From Anaeromyxobacteraceae bacterium (GTDB taxonomy: Bacteria; Myxococcota; Myxococcia; Myxococcales; Anaeromyxobacteraceae), in assembly GCA_047602405.1 (NCBI GenBank), contig JASGHJ010000002.1, positions 224,001 through 288,000 of the forward strand: 64,000 bases of DNA, written 5' to 3'. The translations under genes and the position numbers were made by a program. The notes under the pieces are model-generated. The model worked only from the letters and a program-made list of their open reading frames with translations, was not told the origin of the DNA and ran no database searches. Shown piece after piece: positions 29,001 through 38,076 of the stretch. Within the stretch, counting starts at the first letter, position 1. Each line of letters opens with the position of its first letter.

Positions 29001-30272
29001 ATGGAACTGAACGAGATCCTCCAGGTCGCGCTGCGCGCCGGAGCGAGCGACATCCACCTCAAGGCGGGGCTCCCGCCGATGTTCCGGGTGGACGGCGCGC
29101 TCGTGCCGCTGAAGGACGCCCGCCGTCTCCCCCCCGAGGAGATCGCGCGGATGTCCCTGGGGATCATGAACGACTACCAGAAGGAGAAGTACAAGCAGAC
29201 GAACGAGGTCGACCTCGCCTACGGCGTGCCCGGGCTGGGCCGCTTCCGCGTGAACATCTTCCAGCAGCGCGGCACGCTCGGCGTCGTCCTCCGCGTCATC
29301 CCCTTCAAGATCCAGACGATCGAGTCCCTGATGCTGCCGAAGGTGCTCGAGAAGGTCGCGGGGGAGCAGCGCGGCCTCGTCCTCGTCACCGGCACCACCG
29401 GCTCGGGCAAGTCGACCACCCTCGCGGCGATGATCGACCACATCAACACGACCGAGACCTGCCACATCATGACGATCGAGGACCCGATCGAGTTCCTCAT
29501 CCGGGACAAGCGGTCGATCGTCAACCAGCGCGAGGTCGGCGTCGACACGATGAGCTTCGGCCAGGCGCTGAAGAGCGCCCTGCGCCAGGACCCGGACGTG
29601 ATCCTGGTCGGCGAGATGCGCGACCTCGAGACGATCGAGACGGCGCTCACCGCCGCCGAGACCGGCCACCTCGTGATGTCGACGCTGCACACCCTCGACG
29701 CCACCGAGACCATCAACCGCATCATCTCGGCGTTCCCGCCCTACCAGCAGAAGCAGGTCCGCCTCCAGCTCGGCTCGGTGTTGAAGGCCGTCGTCTCGCA
29801 GCGCCTCGTGCCGCGCGCCGACGGGAAGGGCCGCGTGCCGGCGGTCGAGATCCTGCTGGCCACCGCGCGCGTGCGCGAGCTCATCGAGGACAAGGACCGC
29901 ACGAAGGAAATCCCGGACGCGATCGCCCAGGGGCACGTGTCCTACGGGATGCAGACCTTCGACCAGTCGCTGATGAGCCTCCTCAAGGCGAACGTCATCA
30001 CCTACGAGGAGGCGCTCCGCCAGGCGTCGAACCCCGACGACTTCGCGCTGCGCGTCTCCGGCATCTCGGGCACGAGCGACTCGAAGTGGGACTCGTTCGA
30101 GAAGGCGCCCGAGCCCGGGGTCCGGCCCGGCGCGCCCGCGCCCGCCGGGGCACGGCCGACCCCGCAGCAGGCCGCGGTGGCGAAGGTCGCGCCGGTCGCG
30201 AAGCCCCCGGCGCCGAAGCCCGGCCCCGCCGGTGCCGGCGGGGACGACGACTTCCAGATCGAGCGCTTCTAG
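29001..30272 (+). CDS. pilT: Type IV pilus retraction ATPase, PilT/PilU family
   Basis: ASDIHL, GTTGSGKST, TIEDPIE, LRQDPDVILVGEMRD, AAETGHLVMSTLH; Pro-rich tail. May be a paralogue since pilB/pilC are not adjacent. Confidence 0.9.
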   Translation: MELNEILQVALRAGASDIHLKAGLPPMFRVDGALVPLKDARRLPPEEIARMSLGIMNDYQKEKYKQTNEVDLAYGVPGLGRFRVNIFQQRGTLGVVLRVIPFKIQTIESLMLPKVLEKVAGEQRGLVLVTGTTGSGKSTTLAAMIDHINTTETCHIMTIEDPIEFLIRDKRSIVNQREVGVDTMSFGQALKSALRQDPDVILVGEMRDLETIETALTAAETGHLVMSTLHTLDATETINRIISAFPPYQQKQVRLQLGSVLKAVVSQRLVPRADGKGRVPAVEILLATARVRELIEDKDRTKEIPDAIAQGHVSYGMQTFDQSLMSLLKANVITYEEALRQASNPDDFALRVSGISGTSDSKWDSFEKAPEPGVRPGAPAPAGARPTPQQAAVAKVAPVAKPPAPKPGPAGAGGDDDFQIERF

Positions 30273-30308
30273 GGGCTCCTGACAGCCGGCGGCGGTACCC
30301 TGCCGGCC

Positions 30309-30815
30309 GTGCCGCCCTCCACCCCCGAGACCCCGCTGCAGCGGGCGAAGGCCCTCGCGCTCCGCGCGGTGGCCCGGCGCGCGCACACCGAGGCGGAGCT
30401 GCGCCGCAAGCTCGCGAAGGCCGAGCTCGACGACGAGGCGGACGCCGTCATGGGCTGGCTGAAGGGGCTCGGCTACCTCGACGACCGCGCGTTCGCGGCG
30501 GGCCGGGCGCGGGCGCTCTTGCGGCCGGGGCGGGTGGGGCCGCGCGTGGCCGAGCAGAAGATCGCGCTCGCGGGCATCGGCCGGGAGGCGGCGAGGGCGG
30601 CCGTGGCGGAGGCCCTCGAGGCGGCGGGCGGGCGGTCGAGGAGCGAGCTCACCCTCTGCCGGGCGCTCGCGGAGCGGCGCGCCCGGGGCGGCCTCGCCGC
30701 GCTCGACGAGAAGGGCCGGAACCGGCTCGCGCGGTTCCTGCTCGGCCGCGGGTTCAGCGGGGGCGTGGTCCGGACCGTGGTCGGCGGCGGCTGGCAGCCC
30801 GACCCGGACGAGTAG
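30309..30815 (+). CDS. recX: Regulatory protein RecX
   Basis: RAHTEAELRRKL, GYLDDRAFA, RFLLGRGF. Confidence 0.9.
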   Translation: MPPSTPETPLQRAKALALRAVARRAHTEAELRRKLAKAELDDEADAVMGWLKGLGYLDDRAFAAGRARALLRPGRVGPRVAEQKIALAGIGREAARAAVAEALEAAGGRSRSELTLCRALAERRARGGLAALDEKGRNRLARFLLGRGFSGGVVRTVVGGGWQPDPDE

Positions 30816-30883
30816 CGCCGGGGAGGCCCCGGGGCGCGCCAGCCCATGCACGCGGGGGGACCCTCTGCTATCCTCCCGCGCCC

Positions 30884-31672
30884 ATGCACCTCCTCCGGAC
30901 CTCCACCCTCGCCCTCGCGGCGGCCGCCCTCGTGGCGGGCTGCGCGACGCAGCACACGACCATCACCGGCGAGCTCAAGTACGGGAAGTCGGCCGAGGAG
31001 AACTACAACTTCGGCCTCGACGAGGCGAAGGCCAAGAACGACCTCGAGGCCGTGAAGTTCTTCGAGTACGTCCGCCTCAAGTACCCGTTCTCGCGGTTCG
31101 CGACCCTCGCCGAGCTGCGCCTCGCCGACACGAAGTTCGGCCAGGACCGCTTCCTCGAGGCGGCCGAGTCCTACACCCAGTTCGCCCAGCTCCACCCGAC
31201 CCACGACGAGGTCGACTACGCCGAGTTCCGGGCGGCGCTCTCCCACCTGAAGCAGGCGCCCGGCGACTTCTGGCTCTTCCCGGCGGCGTACGAGAAGGAC
31301 CAGCGCGAGGTCGAGAAGGCGGTGGAGCTCCTCGACAACTTCGTCGGCACGCGCACGAAGTCGAAGTACCACGAGGAGGCCGTGAAGCTCCTCTCCGAGG
31401 CGCGCGGCCGGCTCGCCGCCCACGACTGGTACGTCGCCGAGTTCTACTGGAAGCGCGAGCGGTGGGCGGGGGCGGCGCAGCGCTACGAGATGCTGGTGGA
31501 CAAGTTCCCGGGCTCGCCGCGCGAGCCGGAGGCGCTCCTCAAGCTCGCCGAGGCGTCCCTCAAGATGGACGAGAAGCACCGGGCCCGCACCGCGCTCCAG
31601 AAGCTCATCGTGAAGCACCCCCAGGACCCGCGGCGGCCCGAGGCCGAGAAGCTCCTTGCCTCCATCCGCTGA
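30884..31672 (+). CDS. bamD: Outer membrane protein assembly factor BamD
   Basis: Lipobox LVAGC; KYPFS, LHPTH..DYA, DQ, AEFY TPR motifs. Confidence 0.92.
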   Translation: MHLLRTSTLALAAAALVAGCATQHTTITGELKYGKSAEENYNFGLDEAKAKNDLEAVKFFEYVRLKYPFSRFATLAELRLADTKFGQDRFLEAAESYTQFAQLHPTHDEVDYAEFRAALSHLKQAPGDFWLFPAAYEKDQREVEKAVELLDNFVGTRTKSKYHEEAVKLLSEARGRLAAHDWYVAEFYWKRERWAGAAQRYEMLVDKFPGSPREPEALLKLAEASLKMDEKHRARTALQKLIVKHPQDPRRPEAEKLLASIR

Positions 31673-32456
31673 GCCTCCCTCCCCAGGTCGGGCCGGCCTC
31701 GACCCGCTGCGGCGGCGCGCGCTCTCCGCGCGGCACGGCGCGCCCTTCCTGTTCCCGCTCGGGCTCGTCGTGGTGGTCTCCGCCGCGGGCTGGCTCCTCT
31801 TCCGCGAGGGCGGGCCCGGGCGCGCGGCGGCCCGGGCCGTGGTCACGAGCCCCGAGACCCAGGTGCGCCAGGCCATCTCCGGCCAGCGGAAGGTCCGCCT
31901 CGGCGACGTCTACGGCTTCGGGGCGGGCGGCCTCGCCACGCTCGACCCGCTCACGTACTCGGACGTCTCGATCCAGGTCGAGGGCAAGCGCGCGAGCGTG
32001 CTCGCGGTGGTGGACGGGACCGGCGAGGTGACCTGGAAGGACCGGCGGGCGTCGCTCTCGTACCTGGGGCGCGAGGCCTTCGCGATGACCCCGTGCAACG
32101 CGGCGGGGTGGTGCGCCGACGGGGCGCAGTTCAAGAAGCTCCGGTCGGCGCTCGCGGTCCTCTTCCGCCGGCTCGACGCCTTCGAGCGCGGCGACCTCGA
32201 CCTCTACCGGGTCGTCGTCTCGGAGCGGTACGAGGGCGGGCGGCCGGCGCTCCTCGCCCGGCTGAAGCAGGACCTCGCCTCCGCCCCCGCCCGCCGCCTC
32301 GAGGTGAAGGGCTGGCAGATCCGCGTCGAGCGCGACCGGGCGACCGTCGGCGAGGACTACGAGGTCTCGGTGGGCGACGCCCCGCCGCGGGCCCTGCGCG
32401 CCCGCTACGACCTCGCCTGGGAGGACGGCCGCTGGCGGATCGTCGCGGGGCTGTGA
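31656..32456 (+). CDS. Membrane-anchored hypothetical protein (NTF2-like C-terminus)
   Basis: One TM segment; ends LAWEDGRWRIVAGL; start uncertain. Confidence 0.7.
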   Translation: MPPSAEPPSPGRAGLDPLRRRALSARHGAPFLFPLGLVVVVSAAGWLLFREGGPGRAAARAVVTSPETQVRQAISGQRKVRLGDVYGFGAGGLATLDPLTYSDVSIQVEGKRASVLAVVDGTGEVTWKDRRASLSYLGREAFAMTPCNAAGWCADGAQFKKLRSALAVLFRRLDAFERGDLDLYRVVVSERYEGGRPALLARLKQDLASAPARRLEVKGWQIRVERDRATVGEDYEVSVGDAPPRALRARYDLAWEDGRWRIVAGL

Positions 32457-32503
32457 TTCCCGGGGGCTCCTGCTACAGTCCCACCACACCAGGGAGACGA
32501 ACG

Positions 32504-33208
32504 ATGGACGACACCCTGAAGCAGGCGCTGACCCTCGGCCGCGGCTACTACATGAAGCGCGAGTACGGGCTCGCCGAGCAGTACCTCACCCAGGTCGTCG
32601 AGGAGAACCAGTCCTTCGCCGACGTCTACAACATGCTCGGCGTCATCTACCACGACCAGGGCCAGTACCAGAAAGCGCTCCGGGCCTTCGAGGCCGCGCT
32701 GCGGATCAACCCCGGCTACACCGACGCCGCGCTCAACCTCGCCGTCACCTACAACGACACCGGCAAGTACAAGGAGGCCCAGGAGACCTACCGGCACGCG
32801 CTCGCGCGCTCCGGGGTGAACCAGGGCAAGCTCGACCGGTTCGTGCAGGGCAAGCTCGCGAACATGTACGCCGAGATCGGCGACGTGTACCTGTCGAGCG
32901 GCCTCTACGGCGAGGCGATCGCCGACTACCGCCGCGCGCTCGCGCTCGGGCCGAACTTCGTCGACATCCGGGCCCGGCTGGCCGGCGCGCTCCGCGACGC
33001 GGGCGAGCGCGAGGCGGCGATGAAGGAGTACGAGCAGATCGTGAAGCAGAGCCCGACCTACGTGCCCGCGCGGCTCAACCTCGGCCTCGCGCTCCTCGCC
33101 GCGGGCCGCAAGGAAGAGGCCGCTCAGCACTGGAAGACGGTCCTCGAGATCTCGCCCGGCAACCGCAACGCCGAGCTCTACCTGCAGCTCGCGGCCGACA
33201 AGGCCTGA
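32504..33208 (+). CDS. Tetratricopeptide repeat protein
   Basis: Repeated TPR units (ADVYNMLGVIY, NPGYTDAALNLA, ARLNLGLAL); GGAG RBS. Confidence 0.9.
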   Translation: MDDTLKQALTLGRGYYMKREYGLAEQYLTQVVEENQSFADVYNMLGVIYHDQGQYQKALRAFEAALRINPGYTDAALNLAVTYNDTGKYKEAQETYRHALARSGVNQGKLDRFVQGKLANMYAEIGDVYLSSGLYGEAIADYRRALALGPNFVDIRARLAGALRDAGEREAAMKEYEQIVKQSPTYVPARLNLGLALLAAGRKEEAAQHWKTVLEISPGNRNAELYLQLAADKA

Positions 33209-33265
33209 GGGCGCGCGGCGTCGCTGCGGGTTGCCCCCGGCGCGGTCCGGGGGTAGGAACCCTGC

Positions 33266-34312
33266 ATGAAGCCCGAGGACGTCGTCCGGCTCACGAGCCT
33301 GTCCCACGGCGCGGGTTGAGCCTGCAAGATCCGCCCTGCGGACCTGGCGCACGTGCTGCGCCACATCCCGAAGACCGAGGACCCCCGGGCGCTCGTCGGC
33401 CACGACACGCGCGACGACGCCGCCGTGTACCGGCTGTCGGACACCGAGGCCATCGTCGAGACGGTCGACTTCTTCACGCCGGTGGTGGACGACCCCTATG
33501 CGTTCGGCCGCATCGCCGCGGCGAACGCGCTCTCCGACGTCTGGGCCATGGGGGGCCGGCCGCTCTTCGCGCTCAACCTCGTCGGCTGGCCGGTGGGGAA
33601 GCTCCCCATGGACACGCTGGGCGAGGTGCTGCGCGGCGGGGCCGACGCCGCCCGCGAGGCGGGCATCCCCATCCTCGGCGGCCACAGCATCGACGACCCC
33701 GAGCCGAAGTTCGGCATGGCGGTCACCGGGCTCGTCCACCCCGACCGGATCCTCCGGAACGTCGGGGCGCGCCCCGGCGACGTGCTGCTCCTCACGAAGC
33801 CGCTCGGGACCGGCATCGCCACCACCGCGGTGAAGCGGGGCCTCGCGTCGCCGGAGCTCGTCGCGCGCATCGTGGCGCTCATGTCGGCGCTCAACCGCAC
33901 CGCGGGCGAGGTGCTCGCCGCGAGCGGCGCCGTGCACGCGCTCACCGACGTCACCGGCTTCGGCCTCCTCGGCCACGGTTGGGAGATGGCCGAGGGCTCG
34001 GGGGTGGTGCTGCGGCTCCGCACGGCGGACGTGCCGCTCCTCGAGGGCGTACGGGAGCTCGCCGCGCAGGACGTCGTCCCCGGCGGCAGCCGCGCGAACC
34101 TGAAGTGGGTCATGCCCCACGTCCGCGCACACGAGGGGCTCGATCCGCTTCTCCCGCAGCTCCTCGCGGACGCGCAGACGAACGGCGGGCTCTTCGCGGC
34201 GGTCGACCCGGCCCGGGCGGACGCCGTGCTCCGCGACCTCGTCGCCGCGGGCGTACCCGCCGTGAGGGTGGGCGAGGTCCTCGCCGGCGCGCCGGCGCTC
34301 GAGCTCGTTTAG
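33266..34312 (+). CDS. selD: Selenide, water dikinase; selenoprotein with in-frame UGA at 33317-33319
   Basis: MKPEDVVRLTSLSHGAG-TGA-ACKI in frame with DDAAVY, TVDFFTP, GGHS, TDVTGFGL, DAQTNGGL. Confidence 0.95.
33320..33363 (+). promoter_or_regulatory. Candidate bacterial SECIS element
   Basis: Hairpins just 3' of the UGA: tccgc-cct-gcgga (33330-33342) and tggcgca-cgtgc-tgcgcca (33345-33363). Confidence 0.5.
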
Positions 34313-34322
34313 GATCCGGGGC

Positions 34323-35072
34323 GTGGTGCTCGCCAACCTCGCGCTCGCGCTGTGCCTCTGCGCCGGCCGTGCGCCCGCCTACGTCGTCGTGGTCGATCCC
34401 GGCCACGGCGGCGAGCAGGAGGGCGCGCTCTCGCCGACCGGCGACCGCGAGAAGGATCTCTCGCTCGCGATCGCGCGGCGGACGGCCGCCAAGCTCAAGA
34501 AGGCGGGCGTGAAGGTCGTGCTCACCCGCACCGGCGACATCTCGGTGCCGCTCGCCAACCGCGCCGCGGTCGCGAACGCGCTGCGCGCCGACCTCTTCGT
34601 CTCCATCCACCTCAACTCGATGCCCACCGCCGAGCAGCGGCGGACCTACGCCGGGCTCGAGACCTACTTCCTCTCGGCGGGCGCCTCCGACGCCTCGGCC
34701 TCGGCGGTGGCGGCGCGGGAGAACGCCGACCGGCTCGCCGGCGAGCCGGTGGCCGATCCGAACGATCCGGTCGCGGCGATCCTGAACGACCTCGAGGATC
34801 AGGCCTCGCTCCAGGGCGCCTCGCGGCTCGCGTACGCGCTCCACGATCGGCTGCTCGCGGTGCTCGGCGCGGAGGACCACGGCGTGAAGCAGGCGCCGTT
34901 CTACGTGCTCGCGGGCGCGCGCATGCCGGCGGTGCTGCTCGAGCTCGGCTTCATCTCGCACCCCGACGAGTCGCAGCGGCTGCGCGACCCCGCCTACCAG
35001 GACCGGATCGCCACCGCCATCGCGGAGGGCGTCGCCGCGTTCCGCGAGCAGGGGAAGCGGGCGGGGAAGTAG
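34323..35072 (+). CDS. N-acetylmuramoyl-L-alanine amidase (Amidase_3)
   Basis: [28 protein letters not shown]. Confidence 0.93.
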   Translation: MVLANLALALCLCAGRAPAYVVVVDPGHGGEQEGALSPTGDREKDLSLAIARRTAAKLKKAGVKVVLTRTGDISVPLANRAAVANALRADLFVSIHLNSMPTAEQRRTYAGLETYFLSAGASDASASAVAARENADRLAGEPVADPNDPVAAILNDLEDQASLQGASRLAYALHDRLLAVLGAEDHGVKQAPFYVLAGARMPAVLLELGFISHPDESQRLRDPAYQDRIATAIAEGVAAFREQGKRAGK

Positions 35073-35074
35073 CC

Positions 35075-35320
35075 TCAGCCCCGCGGCGACGGGAGCGAGT
35101 GGTCGGGCACCCAGTCCGGCTTCTGCGGCCCCGCTTCGGGGTCGTTGCAGATGCAGACGAAGCAGCTCCGGGTCGTGTCGTAGGAGCAGATCTCCTCCGA
35201 GGCGCAGCGCGTCTGCGAGCCCGGGCACAGGTTCTTGTGCTCGGCCCGCTGCGGGCCGGCGCAGGCGGAGAGCGCGAGGGCGGCGAGGGCGGCGAGGGCG
35301 CCGAGGAGGAGCGTGCGCAT
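35075..35320 (-). CDS. Small Cys-rich lipoprotein
   Basis: Lipobox LSAC plus six further Cys; 81 aa. Confidence 0.75.
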   Translation of the reverse strand: MRTLLLGALAALAALALSACAGPQRAEHKNLCPGSQTRCASEEICSYDTTRSCFVCICNDPEAGPQKPDWVPDHSLPSPRG

Positions 35321-35406
35321 GCCCCCATCACAGCACGTCCGTCCGGGCCCGGGGAAGGAGAGCCTTGTCGAAGCGCGGCCGGGTTCTGTGGTATTCGGCC
35401 AGGATC

Positions 35407-36129
35407 ATGCGAACGAATGGACGCGGCGCCGGCGAGCTCCGCAAGGTCGTGCTCGAGACCGGGATCTCCCGCCACGCGGAGGGGTCGTGCCTCGTGCGCT
35501 TCGGCGACACGCAGGTGCTCTGCACCGCCTCGGTGGAGGAGAAGGTCCCGCCGCACGTGATGGGCACCGGCGCGGGGTGGATCACCGCGGAGTACGGGAT
35601 GCTGCCCCGCTCGACGCACGAGCGCATGCCGCGCGAGGCCGCCCGCGGCAAGCAGGGCGGCCGGACGCTCGAGATCCAGCGCCTCGTCGGGCGCGCGCTC
35701 CGCGCCGCGGTGGACCTGCGCGCGCTCGGGCCCCGGACGCTCACGATCGACTGCGACGTCCTCCAGGCGGACGGGGGCACGCGCACCGCGGCCATCACCG
35801 GCGGCTGGGTGGCGGTCGCGCTCGCCGCCCGGGCCATCGCGGGGCGCAAGGGCATGCAGGGCAACCCGGTGAAGCGCAACATCGCCGCGGTCTCGGTGGG
35901 CATCGTCGCGGGCGAGGTGCGGCTCGACCTCGACTACGGCGAGGACTCCACCGCCGAGGTCGACATGAACGTGGTGGCGACCGGGGAGGGCGAGCTCGTC
36001 GAGGTGCAGGGCACCGCGGAGGGGAAGGCCTTCCCCCGCGCCGACCTCGACCGCATGCTCGACTCGGCGCTCGCGGGGATCGCCCGGCTGCGCGACCTGC
36101 AGCTCGGGGCCCTCGGCGGGAAGCCGTAG
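35407..36129 (+). CDS. rph: Ribonuclease PH
   Basis: [44 protein letters not shown]. Confidence 0.96.
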   Translation: MRTNGRGAGELRKVVLETGISRHAEGSCLVRFGDTQVLCTASVEEKVPPHVMGTGAGWITAEYGMLPRSTHERMPREAARGKQGGRTLEIQRLVGRALRAAVDLRALGPRTLTIDCDVLQADGGTRTAAITGGWVAVALAARAIAGRKGMQGNPVKRNIAAVSVGIVAGEVRLDLDYGEDSTAEVDMNVVATGEGELVEVQGTAEGKAFPRADLDRMLDSALAGIARLRDLQLGALGGKP

Positions 36130-36143
36130 GCGGGCGGCGCGGC

Positions 36144-36848
36144 ATGAGGCTCTTCTTCGGCACCACCAACCCCGGGAAGCTCCGCGAGCTGCGCCGGCTC
36201 GTCGCCGGGCTCGACGTCGAGATCGTGGCCGCCGGCGACCTCGGCCGCCCGCTCCCCGAGGTCCCGGAGGACGGGCTGACGTTCGAGGAGAACGCCGCGC
36301 ACAAGGCCTCGACCTACGCGCGGCTCACCGGCCTCCACGCGCTCGCCGACGACTCTGGGCTCTGCGTCGACGCGCTCGGCGGCGCGCCGGGCGTGCACTC
36401 CGCCCGGTGGTCGGAGCTCGACCCGGGTCCGGAGCCCACAAGCCCGGTGTGCGAGCTCGCCGAGGCGGGCCGCGCCGAGCTCGGCCCGGTGGCGGGGCGC
36501 GCCGAGCGCGACGAGCGGAACAACGACAAGCTGCTCGCGTCGCTCGCGGGCCTGCCGCCGGCGCGGCGCGGCGGCGAGTACCGCGCGGTCGTCGCGCTCG
36601 CGCGGCCGGACGGGAGCGTCGTGGGCAGCGTCGCCGGCACGTGCCGGGGGCGGATCGGGTTCGAGCGCCGGGGGACGGGTGGGTTCGGATACGACCCGCT
36701 CTTCGAGACCGAGGCGTTCCCGGGCCGGACCATGGCCGAGCTCTCGGCCGAGGAGAAGGACGCGATCTCGCACCGGGGCGCCGCGATGCGGGCCCTCCGG
36801 CCGCTCCTCGACCGGTGCCTCCTTGACGAAAAAGCAGCGAAAAGCTAG
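36144..36848 (+). CDS. rdgB: Non-canonical purine NTP pyrophosphatase (Ham1 family)
   Basis: TNPGK, TFEENA..K, ADDSGL, PGVHSAR, GFGYDPLF, SHR. Confidence 0.93.
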   Translation: MRLFFGTTNPGKLRELRRLVAGLDVEIVAAGDLGRPLPEVPEDGLTFEENAAHKASTYARLTGLHALADDSGLCVDALGGAPGVHSARWSELDPGPEPTSPVCELAEAGRAELGPVAGRAERDERNNDKLLASLAGLPPARRGGEYRAVVALARPDGSVVGSVAGTCRGRIGFERRGTGGFGYDPLFETEAFPGRTMAELSAEEKDAISHRGAAMRALRPLLDRCLLDEKAAKS

Positions 36849-36851
36849 GAA
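36823..36851 (+). promoter_or_regulatory. Sigma70-type promoter of the tRNA cluster
   Basis: TTGACG-17 bp-TAGGAA, ~45 nt before tRNA-Pro. Confidence 0.5.
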
Positions 36852-36896
36852 CAGCGCTCCCTCGGGGGGCTCGGCGCCCCGGGGGGCTCTGCAACC

Positions 36897-36970
36897 CGGG
36901 GCGTAGCGCAGCCTGGTAGCGCGCCTGCCTTGGGCGCAGGAGGTCGCGGGTCCGAATCCCGCCGCCCCGA
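36897..36970 (+). tRNA. tRNA-Pro(TGG)
   Basis: Cloverleaf CGGGGCG/CGCCCCG; anticodon arm cctgc-ct-TGG-gc-gcagg; no encoded CCA. Confidence 0.93.
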
Positions 36971-36998
36971 TTCTTTGACATGATGGTGGATGAAGGAA

Positions 36999-37072
36999 GC
37001 GCCCGTAGCTCAGCTGGACAGAGCAGCGGCCTTCTAAGCCGCGGGTCGGGGGTTCGACTCCCTCCGGGCGCG
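36999..37072 (+). tRNA. tRNA-Arg(TCT)
   Basis: GCGCCCG/CGGGCGC; gcggc-ct-TCT-aa-gccgc; TTCGA T-loop. Confidence 0.95.
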
Positions 37073-37142
37073 CTGTATTTCGAGGGGCGCTCGGCGCGCC
37101 CCTCCCCGCCGAACGAAGTTCGGCGGGGCCCCTCCCTGGCAG
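37073..37142 (+). repeat. ~70-bp two-hairpin palindromic repeat, copy after tRNA-Arg
   Basis: ctgtatttcgaggggcgctcggcgcgcccctccccgc..gcggggcccctccctggcag. Confidence 0.92.
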
Positions 37143-37177
37143 CAAGGGAGTTGGCTACGCGGCATGTGCACGTTTAC

Positions 37178-37251
37178 GGTGAGTATAGCTCAATTGGTAG
37201 AGCACTGGACTGTGGATCCGGGGGTTAAGGGTTCGAGCCCCTTTACTCACC
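37178..37251 (+). tRNA. tRNA-His(GTG)
   Basis: G-1 plus GTGAGTA/TACTCAC; ctgga-ct-GTG-ga-tccgg; C discriminator. Confidence 0.95.
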
Positions 37252-37321
37252 CTGTATTTCGAGGGGCGCTCGGCGCGCCCCTCCCCGCGGAGCGAAGCTC
37301 CGCGGGGCCCCTCCCTGGCAG
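37252..37321 (+). repeat. ~70-bp palindromic repeat, copy after tRNA-His
   Basis: Same core as 37073-37142, with compensatory changes in the second hairpin. Confidence 0.92.
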
Positions 37322-37443
37322 CGTTCTCTGACGGCGCGGCCTTCATCCACCATCGTTGACACACCGGCGGGGGGCTGCTAGATCGGCGGCCCTCCGCAGT
37401 TCTGTAGAAGCAGTGGCCTCACGGCAGAATCAGCAAGCTCTCC

Positions 37444-37516
37444 GGGCGCGTAGCTCAACTGGCAGAGCAATGGACTCTTAATCCATAGGTTGAAGGTTCG
37501 ATTCCTTCCGCGCTCA
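37444..37516 (+). tRNA. tRNA-Lys(CTT)
   Basis: GGGCGCG/CGCGCTC; atgga-ct-CTT-aa-tccat; candidate own promoter TTGACA(37356)-17 bp-TAGATC. Confidence 0.95.
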
Positions 37517-37518
37517 CT

Positions 37519-37553
37519 CGAGAAGCCCTGCCAGCGCAGGGCTTCTCGTCTTT
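37519..37553 (+). terminator. Intrinsic terminator after tRNA-Lys
   Basis: cgagaagccctgc-cagc-gcagggcttctcg-tcttt. Confidence 0.75.
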
Positions 37554-37596
37554 CAGGGCCCCGCCGCCAGGCGTGGCCTCTCACCGGAGGTAAGTC

Positions 37597-37788
37597 ATGC
37601 AGAACGTCGATCAGTTCGCGCTCGTGGCCCAGGTGCAGGGCGTCGTCGAGGGCTACATCCGCCTCCGCGACGAGAAGTCCAAGCTCGAGGAGAAGATCTT
37701 CCAGCTGAACCAGGACGTCGCGCGCATGCAGAAGTCGATGGCCGAGCTCGTCAAGGAGAACGACGCGCTCAAGGCCGCGAAGAAGTAG
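37597..37788 (+). CDS. Small coiled-coil protein (ZapB-like size and pattern)
   Basis: 63 aa with heptad pattern, GGAGG RBS, host-like codon usage. Confidence 0.75.
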   Translation: MQNVDQFALVAQVQGVVEGYIRLRDEKSKLEEKIFQLNQDVARMQKSMAELVKENDALKAAKK

Positions 37789-37897
37789 CCGGACGGCCGG
37801 GGTTGGCCCCGGTGGAGCGACGGCGCCTCGAGCGCTGGCGCCCTTCGACTGCCCTGCCCCTTGCCCAGAAGGCCCTGGCCCCGCCGGCCGGGGCCTT

Positions 37898-38003
37898 CTG
37901 TGTTTCGAGGGGCGCTCGGCGCGCCCCTCCCCGCGGAGCAAAGCTCCGCGGGGCCCCTCCCTGGCAGGTTTCGAGGGGCGCTCGGCGCGCCCCTCCCCGG
38001 CAG
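37898..38003 (+). repeat. Tandem pair of the ~70-bp repeat: full copy 37898-37967 plus internally deleted copy 37968-38003
   Basis: Second copy lacks the segment between the two gcccctccc direct repeats. Confidence 0.9.
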
Positions 38004-38016
38004 CGAGACCCGTGAC

Positions 38017-38073
38017 TTGACGCCGCACCGCGGAGTCACTAGATCACGCTCACGAAATGAATCTGGATTCATT
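38017..38073 (+). promoter_or_regulatory. Promoter and palindromic operator of the TetR-efflux operon
   Basis: TTGACG-17 bp-TAGATC (38017-38045); aatgaatc-tg-gattcatt palindrome (38056-38073) just before the ATG. Confidence 0.7.
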
Positions 38074-38076
38074 CTG

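Noticed and set aside
37073..38003. Repeats as a CRISPR array
   Set aside because: Units are ~70 bp, irregularly spaced, separated by tRNA genes and a CDS; no cas genes.
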